Positions 24,226 through 31,372 of a stretch of 31,372 bases of DNA are shown piece after piece. Under the pieces are notes generated by a model that saw only the letters and a program-made list of their open reading frames with translations, was not told the DNA's origin and did no database searches. Source of the stretch: a virus (taxonomy: Duplodnaviria; Caudoviricetes); the IMG/VR virus record IMGVR_UViG_3300020044_002546, positions 1-31,372 of that record; one strand, given 5' to 3'. The position numbers and the translations under genes are program-made. Numbering within the stretch: the first letter of the stretch is position 1; the number at the start of each line of letters is the position of its first letter.

Positions 24226-25754
24226 CAGCTCACCTTTCCAAATGCTTTAGCCAAACTCAAACCAATATCCGTAGCCTGCTGATTAGCCGTTTTCGTATAC
24301 TGCCAACCAAAAGTCGGATCAGACTTAACCGTAGAAATCCAATCAGACAAAGACAACTGACCCGATTCTTTCGTACCAAACGCCTTCAAGTATGGACCAG
24401 AGAACATATCAATCTCATCCTCAGAACGCTCCAACAACTGTGCTGCATAACGACGATAGTTCCCACCAATATCTTCCAACGTCAAACCAGCATCAATCTG
24501 ATCTGCGATCTGTGGCATCGCACCCTTCACATACTTCTGCAAACGTTGACGCAAACCTTCCTCAGTCAGCACTTGACCAGTAGATGCTTCGGGTGTTCCA
24601 GTAAGGATTGATTGAACCTGGCTGTCGGTGACATTAAAGTTATATGCTTTGCCAAGTTGCTTAATACGGTCAGCGTCAACGCCACTCAACGCTCGACCAG
24701 TCTGCGCCTGTGGCGAACCAGCCTTAAACACCACGTTGTAAACAGCCTGCTTCTCACCCAAACCAGTAAGACCAGTACGGGCGACGGTGGCTGCAACCTG
24801 GTTCAAAGTATCTTCAGTCAAACCAATGTCGCCATAGGTGTTGGCGATACGGGACTTTGTCTGTGTGATTAGGTTCTGTTTATCTGCGTCAATGAGTTGG
24901 TCAAAGTTTTTGGTTGCAGAAATCGTGGTCTGCCAGTAGTTCGTTCCACGGATTTCCTGTTGGATTCGCTCTAAACCTGCTGACGTGTTCAGGTCGTAAA
25001 CGCCTTTAGGGTCGGAAACCTTAATCATCAAATCAATCAGGTCTTTACCGAAATATGTTTCAGCGTTAGCAGCCAACCAGTCATCAGAGTATGACGGGAA
25101 AAACTTTTGTAAAGCATCAACCCAGTTCTGTTGAGTCACGGCAGGGGTCTTGGCTTTGCCTTTTGCTGTGACAGTTGTGCCGGTAGGGGTTGTCGTGACT
25201 TTGGGTGTCGTTGTTGCAGGGACATTGGTTTGAGTTCCAGTAGTCGCCGTAGAAGCAGTCGTACCCTTGACAGCGGTTGGGACTTTTGCTCCAGTTGGTG
25301 CTGGTGCTTCGGGAGCAAGAACACGAACCTCATTCGCCCCAACAGCAATAGCCTGTGCGCCACCATTGATCGCATCAACGACCGACTGATACTCGGCAAC
25401 CTTATTTACATACGCACTATATTCATCAGCCGTTATCTGACCACTAGAAAACCTAGAAACTTGTGCGCGTTGAGTTGACTGAGCAGTTTTCAGCAAAGTT
25501 TTTGCTCGCGCCAAAGCAGTACGAGTAGCCCGCTTTTCACGATCAGTAACAATCTTTGCTTCTTTAGCAGTCTGGGCAGATTTGCCTTCACGTTCCTGTG
25601 CAACTTTTAGGCTTGACTGGATTAACGGGATAACCGTTTCATTCAAACCAGTCAGGTCATACTTCATTCCCTTATAGGTGTAAGAAGTCTGACCAGCAGC
25701 GCGAGCAGAAACAGCCTTATCTAATTCTTTTTTTATTTGTTCAGATGATTCCAT
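24225..25754 (-). CDS. putative internal virion (ejection) protein
   Basis: Helical with Thr/Pro linker, C-terminal DP..GWQYT..A; coupled block. Confidence 0.6.
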   Translation of the reverse strand: MESSEQIKKELDKAVSARAAGQTSYTYKGMKYDLTGLNETVIPLIQSSLKVAQEREGKSAQTAKEAKIVTDREKRATRTALARAKTLLKTAQSTQRAQVSRFSSGQITADEYSAYVNKVAEYQSVVDAINGGAQAIAVGANEVRVLAPEAPAPTGAKVPTAVKGTTASTATTGTQTNVPATTTPKVTTTPTGTTVTAKGKAKTPAVTQQNWVDALQKFFPSYSDDWLAANAETYFGKDLIDLMIKVSDPKGVYDLNTSAGLERIQQEIRGTNYWQTTISATKNFDQLIDADKQNLITQTKSRIANTYGDIGLTEDTLNQVAATVARTGLTGLGEKQAVYNVVFKAGSPQAQTGRALSGVDADRIKQLGKAYNFNVTDSQVQSILTGTPEASTGQVLTEEGLRQRLQKYVKGAMPQIADQIDAGLTLEDIGGNYRRYAAQLLERSEDEIDMFSGPYLKAFGTKESGQLSLSDWISTVKSDPTFGWQYTKTANQQATDIGLSLAKAFGKVS

Positions 25755-26539
25755 TACGCAGTCCTTAACATATCGTTAAACAAATCGGCAACCTGAGCGA
25801 AACGGTAAGCCTGCTGCTCACCAGTCGCAGCACCAGACACCACATCCTCGCTAATCATCGACAAACCACCAGACTCACCAGCCGCAGATTTCTGTTGAAC
25901 CTGAGCAATCAACGATTCAACCTCAGCGTCCGTAAACTTACGACCTAAAGCCTCAACAGCTCGCTCATCCAAAGACTTACGAATCTCCTTCTTAGATGGC
26001 CCACGGGAACCCGAACCCGAAGCAGGGAACTCCTGACGAACAAAGTTCAACGAAGTTTTCCAGTTATACCCGTACTCGTTACTGGTATTCAACAACTCTT
26101 TCATCGCATCCACATCAGCAGGGTCAAAACCTGTTGTCGAAGGTTTGCTCTTACCACGATAAAACCTGCGTTGATACAACTCTGTTTGCAAAGCAATACG
26201 ATCTGCGGTAGCCAGTTTTGCCAACTCTGCATACGCCTCTTTAGGCGCATCATACGGTTTGCGTTCAATCTGACCACGCTCGTTTACAAGGTTGTTCCCG
26301 TAATATAGCAACTTGGACATCGCACCCGACTGGACAGGCGACCCACCACCAGTCCTTGTACGTGTCCCCATGCCACCCTCTTGAACATATTGGAACGCAC
26401 CAGGTTCAGCTTGCTGATATGCCTGAAACTGTGCCGATGGAGGTGACGTGATTTCGCGTGGAGTGCCAGCAGTACTGGCCATGCCAGGTCCCGCGCCAAC
26501 AGCAGCATCTATTTCCTGCTTGATTGGGTCTTCACTCAT
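25754..26539 (-). CDS. putative internal virion protein
   Basis: ATGA/TAATG coupling; I.LQ.ELY..FY segment weakly like a peptidoglycan-binding helix pair. Confidence 0.55.
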   Translation of the reverse strand: MSEDPIKQEIDAAVGAGPGMASTAGTPREITSPPSAQFQAYQQAEPGAFQYVQEGGMGTRTRTGGGSPVQSGAMSKLLYYGNNLVNERGQIERKPYDAPKEAYAELAKLATADRIALQTELYQRRFYRGKSKPSTTGFDPADVDAMKELLNTSNEYGYNWKTSLNFVRQEFPASGSGSRGPSKKEIRKSLDERAVEALGRKFTDAEVESLIAQVQQKSAAGESGGLSMISEDVVSGAATGEQQAYRFAQVADLFNDMLRTA

Positions 26540-29500
26540 TTGTCTACCTCAGATGATAGTTCGCGATCCCAAATTCTTGCGAAATCAGGGTTCTGTTGGA
26601 TTAGTGCTTGACCAATACTAACAAGGTAGTCACGGAGGGGTTCTGCTTTCTTCGCAGTATCAAAACCACCCTCTGCGCCACCAGCCGAAACATACTGTTG
26701 AACTGCTTTGTCTCGATAATCCAAATAGGTTGCAATAGATTTAGCAACCCCGTTGTTTTCCAACTGTGGCAACTGAATCATGGTTCGCAGTTCAGACATC
26801 TTTGACTCAAACTCGCCAACAGTAAACACAGGTGTTACAGGGAAACCTGCATAACGCTTGTTAATTTCCTTGCGGATATTACCCAACCACGCACGTTGCT
26901 CTGATGTTGGGTATGCGCCGACCTGTGTCCGGTATGAACGGTAGATCGCTGAACCCATACGGTATTGAGCCTGCTTGATGATGTCCACATCGGATAGTCG
27001 TTCACGGCGACCCTTGCGAAGTTGGCGATCCCAAACCTCAAACGAGAAGTCATCGCCACCTGGAGCCAAGAACCCTGCGACGCTAGGGAACTGTTCCAAC
27101 AGATTTTCGTTATCACGTTCCCAATCACCGAACTGTTCAGAAGCTTCCAAACCACCAGCCACAGACTTGCTCTTGGACGACAAATACAGCACAGCGTCAT
27201 CACCGAACAGTTTGATGAACTCGGATACAGCTGTGTCATAGTTGTTGTTCTGCAAACGGTAGAACTCTTGAACCATCGCAGACGCATACACATCACCCGA
27301 CTTGGTTTTCACCACATATTCAAGAGATGGGGCGGTAGGGCCGACGAACTGTGCGAATCCTCGCAACGCTGTCAACACCTTCGCTTTGGATTTAGCGTCA
27401 GCCATCAGGTTCGCTTTGGACTGCTCATCATCTAGGTCATAGTCACCCGAAGCCGACAATGCCCGCAAAGTGTCCACATAGGTGTTGGCGTAAATGGACT
27501 CCAACTTTGATGGGTCGTCACGCAAAGCAGACTTGATCTTGCCTGCCCATGAAGGCATCGCGTTGAATGATCCTCGACCATACGGCAACAAAATGCCAAC
27601 AACATCATCAAACTTCGGTGAGTCAGGGATCAGCTCTGACGCTGCGATCTGCCCTACTGGACCAAGTGACGGGATTACCTGCAAACCTAGCGACAGACGC
27701 TTCACACCGCCTTGTAACGGGGCTTCAACACCTGTTAGCAGTTTGGTCAGTTCCCCTGAGAATGGGAAGTTAAACACGTTCTCACCAGTTGTCGGGTCTT
27801 TATAGAAGAACCCTTGCCCGTCGTTGTCGGGGTCAAAGTTTTCTGCACCTGAATAAATAAGTTGTGCTTTACGGATACGGGTTGGGTCCTCAGCAAGCAG
27901 ACGCAGGTATGTTCCTGTTACTTCACGGTAGGCAACACCAAACGGGATGAGGATACGCATAATATCTTCAAGGTTGTTACGGCTTGAAGCGTTATAGAGG
28001 GCTTCCTTAGTGCTGTTCAGAGCAATCAACTGGGCGAAGTCGTCCAACTCCTCGATTGTCCCTTCACCAGTAGCACTATCAGCAAGTTTCTTAATACGAG
28101 CATAAGTCTTTTTGCCACCCACATAGTTCTCAACAGATATGCCATTTCGTTCAGCAGAAGTAGCCATATACTTCAACAGTTTTTCTGCCTCCGATTTGGA
28201 TAGCAAATCAACATTCTTGGAAACCTGCTCATAGTAGAACTGCCTGAATACAGGTGACTTCTCAAAAGTCTGTGATGCTTTACCGTACACACCAACAAAG
28301 AACCAGTCCGTGAAACGATCTAATGCTTTAGCCGCTGCACCAGAATCAGGAACACCGATACCACGCTGAGCGATCTTCACCGTTCCAGGCAACTGACGCA
28401 ACGTTTTATCAGCCTCTAAAACATCATTACGAGACTTGACAAACTCTGCGAACTCTGCTCGACCTTCAGGGGTATCAATAATGTCATTCTTAGACACACG
28501 ACGAATAGTGAGGCTCAGGTTATCTGCTTCATCAAATTCAGGGATTATCGCAGATTTTGTACCGGTAATGTTTTTAGCGTCAGTTACTAAATAAATGATT
28601 TCATTTCCATCAGCGTCAATACCTGCACGGAATATCGTTCCGCGACCGATGTCTTTAGGTCCATCTAAAATTTCTTTTGGGTTAATGCTGTTTGCGTCAA
28701 TGGACTGTGTTGGTCCGAACGGAACACGGCGATGACCAATGGCAAGTTTGAGGTCAGGGTCGCCACCAGTTTTCAATTCAACACGGCTACCAGCGAGTTT
28801 TTCAATCCAAGCTTTCAGCACATTGTCGTTAACTTCTTTAACTTTCAATGTGCGCTGGATGCCATTGTTATCAACAATCGTTACACCAGTCTTTAGGTAT
28901 CGTTCAAATTGGCGTAAATACTCTTGACCTTTAGGTGTACCACGTAGGTAGTCAATAATTTCGTTGATTGGCACACCCTTGGCCCAAGCGTTCATCACAC
29001 CGTCTTTGGAGATTTGTGCGTATTCCTCACCCAATCCACGAAACCAGTTGTCACGGTTTGCCTGCTTTGTAACCAGTTCGTATGCGCCGTTCTTTACAGC
29101 GTGAGCATGGATAGCCAACGGGTCCTCTAAGTTGCGCTTCAAGCCATCTGTCATCACCTCAACGAATCGGTCGGTGTTATCACCAGAAGAAATGTCATCA
29201 ACAGCAGACTTGATAATCTCATCAAAGTTTCTGCCAGTAATAGTTTCTGGGGCTTTGCGAGCCATAACCCACTGCATATAACGGATCGGATGGTTAAAGA
29301 AACCATCTTTACCGATAGTCGCAATACGAACCTGTGCATCAACCATGTTACGCATGATGTAACCACCAGTAGCAAGCGTGATTGGTTTCCAAATCTTGTT
29401 CTGCATATATTCCGAGTAAGCAATAGCAGCGCGTTGATCTCCACTCTTACGGGTTAAAGCACGTTTCATCATTCTGTTACCTGAAATACGTCGAATCTCA

Positions 29501-31173
29501 CGAACATCAGGCAGGATTTTTGTTCTGTCCATCAGTTCAAGAACCGAACCAGGTCCATTAAGTTTCATTGAACGCAGGTAAGCGGGATCAATGTCAGAAA
29601 AATCAGTCAAATCTGCTTGACCAGAATCAAGTAGTGCAGCAACAAAGCCACCATCTTCAGGTCGTCCAGCAGCATTAACAAAATATGCCCTAGTTTCCTC
29701 GCCAGCCTGCTTAACTTTCGCAAACAAATTGATGATTTGTTCCTCTGAAGCACCTTCTCGCTTTAACAACATCTTCACTGTCTCATCAAAAACTTCGTCA
29801 ACCTTTTTAATATCTGAGGCTGCACCAGATTCGTAGGCATCAAGAACCTTGTTTAGTAAAGTCCGACCTTCAACTGTTTGGCTAAATGCAACACCAGCCT
29901 TGCCAGTACCAATCGTGTCTAATAAACGACCATAGTTCAATACCGATTTAGCGTTATCTGCATCCGTTCCAGCAATAGCAACCTGTTCAGGCATGGTGGT
30001 AAACAACCTGTTATTCCTGAAAGAGTTATACAACGGAACACGTTGCTTGATATATGTCCCACGCATCGCACCAGGCAACTGTCGAATGTCTGTTGGCAAC
30101 AGGTTCGGGTTTGCTTCATCCAAACGATTAGTGACATCCACAATCACACTTAACACTTCGTTTTCGCTTTTAGCAGCAGCCAATCGCTTTGCTGTGGTGA
30201 TGTCTATTTTGCCATTGAATGTTTCACTGAAAATGCGGTGAGCATCGTTATTCGCTGGATCGCCAAGATTGGATACCAGTCGTCGAGCGCGAGTATCGGT
30301 CTGCCAAAACTTTAGAAACTTAGAACCATTAACAGCCAAAGATTCGGCATCAGTCAAACCAGCATCGGCGCGAGCAGTTGCCTTCAAAAGTTTCTGTATT
30401 GCCGACAACTCATCTGCTGAACGAACACCCTGAATCGCCGCGTTTGCTGTTTTAAGTTCTGCCAAAGAACCAAAACCCTTAGAAACTGCATAACCCTTCC
30501 CGCCGACAACAGTTACGTCTGTGCCTAAAGTAACAACTGCGTCAAGCAAACCTGATGCGATGTTATATCCCTTTGAACCTGGAGTAAACACCAAACTTGC
30601 TGCACCACGCCCAATAGTCCATGCCGAACCGTTAATCGTTCCACGAACACGACGCGCACGTTCAGCCTGTTTTTCGGCTGCTTTACCACCAAGAAAGAAA
30701 CCTTCACCGGCTTGCTCAGAGTCAGACAACATTGTTCCCAAAGAAGTTGACTGGAACCAGCCATCAAAACCAGCAGGATCATTGGGACTAAAAATTTGTG
30801 AAGCAACGTTTGGTGCAAGGTCCTTAATAGTGTCTAATGCTGCGAACGACCAGCGTGTAGTTTCTTTGATCTTGTCAAAAACATTTCGCTCAAAGAAACC
30901 CTTATCGTCAGATTTGTTCGGGTCCAGTAACGCAGGCACACGTTTCGCTTGTGCTTGTGAAGCCAACTCAACAGCCTGTGGTGAAGCATTACCTTTAGCC
31001 AAAGCCAACACCTGTCCTGGGGTCATCCACGGAGACTGACTGTAAATTTGTCCTACACGCGAAGCAATCTCAGGTGTAGCACCAGCCTTGTATCGGGTGT
31101 TCGCTGCTTCGTTAGCCTGATATTGGTCAAAAAACTTTTGCTCACTTAGAGCATCAAACCAGCCTTGTGTCAT
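26536..31173 (-). CDS. large putative internal virion (DNA ejection) protein, 1545 aa
   Basis: Size, helical composition, WKP.TL..GGY..RN..D, E.SPVFRQFY and PF..AY.E motifs like large podoviral core proteins. Confidence 0.7.
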   Translation of the reverse strand: MTQGWFDALSEQKFFDQYQANEAANTRYKAGATPEIASRVGQIYSQSPWMTPGQVLALAKGNASPQAVELASQAQAKRVPALLDPNKSDDKGFFERNVFDKIKETTRWSFAALDTIKDLAPNVASQIFSPNDPAGFDGWFQSTSLGTMLSDSEQAGEGFFLGGKAAEKQAERARRVRGTINGSAWTIGRGAASLVFTPGSKGYNIASGLLDAVVTLGTDVTVVGGKGYAVSKGFGSLAELKTANAAIQGVRSADELSAIQKLLKATARADAGLTDAESLAVNGSKFLKFWQTDTRARRLVSNLGDPANNDAHRIFSETFNGKIDITTAKRLAAAKSENEVLSVIVDVTNRLDEANPNLLPTDIRQLPGAMRGTYIKQRVPLYNSFRNNRLFTTMPEQVAIAGTDADNAKSVLNYGRLLDTIGTGKAGVAFSQTVEGRTLLNKVLDAYESGAASDIKKVDEVFDETVKMLLKREGASEEQIINLFAKVKQAGEETRAYFVNAAGRPEDGGFVAALLDSGQADLTDFSDIDPAYLRSMKLNGPGSVLELMDRTKILPDVREIRRISGNRMMKRALTRKSGDQRAAIAYSEYMQNKIWKPITLATGGYIMRNMVDAQVRIATIGKDGFFNHPIRYMQWVMARKAPETITGRNFDEIIKSAVDDISSGDNTDRFVEVMTDGLKRNLEDPLAIHAHAVKNGAYELVTKQANRDNWFRGLGEEYAQISKDGVMNAWAKGVPINEIIDYLRGTPKGQEYLRQFERYLKTGVTIVDNNGIQRTLKVKEVNDNVLKAWIEKLAGSRVELKTGGDPDLKLAIGHRRVPFGPTQSIDANSINPKEILDGPKDIGRGTIFRAGIDADGNEIIYLVTDAKNITGTKSAIIPEFDEADNLSLTIRRVSKNDIIDTPEGRAEFAEFVKSRNDVLEADKTLRQLPGTVKIAQRGIGVPDSGAAAKALDRFTDWFFVGVYGKASQTFEKSPVFRQFYYEQVSKNVDLLSKSEAEKLLKYMATSAERNGISVENYVGGKKTYARIKKLADSATGEGTIEELDDFAQLIALNSTKEALYNASSRNNLEDIMRILIPFGVAYREVTGTYLRLLAEDPTRIRKAQLIYSGAENFDPDNDGQGFFYKDPTTGENVFNFPFSGELTKLLTGVEAPLQGGVKRLSLGLQVIPSLGPVGQIAASELIPDSPKFDDVVGILLPYGRGSFNAMPSWAGKIKSALRDDPSKLESIYANTYVDTLRALSASGDYDLDDEQSKANLMADAKSKAKVLTALRGFAQFVGPTAPSLEYVVKTKSGDVYASAMVQEFYRLQNNNYDTAVSEFIKLFGDDAVLYLSSKSKSVAGGLEASEQFGDWERDNENLLEQFPSVAGFLAPGGDDFSFEVWDRQLRKGRRERLSDVDIIKQAQYRMGSAIYRSYRTQVGAYPTSEQRAWLGNIRKEINKRYAGFPVTPVFTVGEFESKMSELRTMIQLPQLENNGVAKSIATYLDYRDKAVQQYVSAGGAEGGFDTAKKAEPLRDYLVSIGQALIQQNPDFARIWDRELSSEVDK
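28782..28970. repeat. 189-bp direct repeat, copy 1 (inside the large gene)
   Basis: Matches 31184-31372 except at 28795 and 28849. Confidence 0.95.
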
Positions 31174-31183
31174 TACAAACCAT

Positions 31184-31372
31184 CACGGCTACCAGCAAGT
31201 TTTTCAATCCAAGCTTTCAGCACATTGTCGTTAACTTCTTTAACTTTCAAGGTGCGCTGGATGCCATTGTTATCAACAATCGTTACACCAGTCTTTAGGT
31301 ATCGTTCAAATTGGCGTAAATACTCTTGACCTTTAGGTGTACCACGTAGGTAGTCAATAATTTCGTTGATTG
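31184..31372. repeat. 189-bp direct repeat, copy 2 (runs off the window end)
   Basis: Matches 28782-28970 except at 31197 (A vs G) and 31251 (G vs T). Confidence 0.95.

Noticed and set aside
26536-31173. N4-like virion RNA polymerase
   Set aside because: Far shorter than N4 vRNAP and no recognisable single-subunit polymerase motif set; treated as an ejection protein.
28782-31372. 189-bp repeat pair as a diversity-generating retroelement TR/VR
   Set aside because: Only two mismatches, both synonymous and not both at adenines of one copy on one strand; no reverse transcriptase in the window; the copy sits at the contig edge.

Overview
About 31 kb of a tailed phage genome, most likely a podovirus-type phage of an actinobacterial host. 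The host call rests on a WhiB gene, TAnnnT/extended -10 promoters and a leaderless start. Positions 1-1459 (+) hold small GC-rich early-type genes ending at an intrinsic terminator. Nearly everything else is on the - strand. Reading right to left: four large putative internal virion proteins, scaffold, N4-gp56-type major capsid protein, collagen/repeat fibre, a GT-B glycosyltransferase followed by three tiny Lys-rich proteins, tail adaptor and nozzle, two more fibres, holin/M15 endolysin, an HTH-metallophosphoesterase operon, YqaJ exonuclease + Rad52/Sak annealase + resolvase, a secreted lytic transglycosylase, WhiB, a PAPS-reductase-like PP-loop protein and a C5 DNA methyltransferase. No terminase, portal, polymerase or integrase is recognisable in the window. 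The most notable items are: a second gene with its own Shine-Dalgarno nested out of frame inside the methyltransferase; an array of about six TRD-like modules in that methyltransferase beside a PP-loop/Fe-S enzyme; a glycosyltransferase cassette in the virion module; structured RNA leaders for scaffold and capsid; an anticodon-less tRNA-like element; and mirror-image strand skews flanking the fibre cassettes. The last 189 bp duplicate an internal segment and are probably a chimeric contig end. All calls are by eye from motifs; no searches were run.
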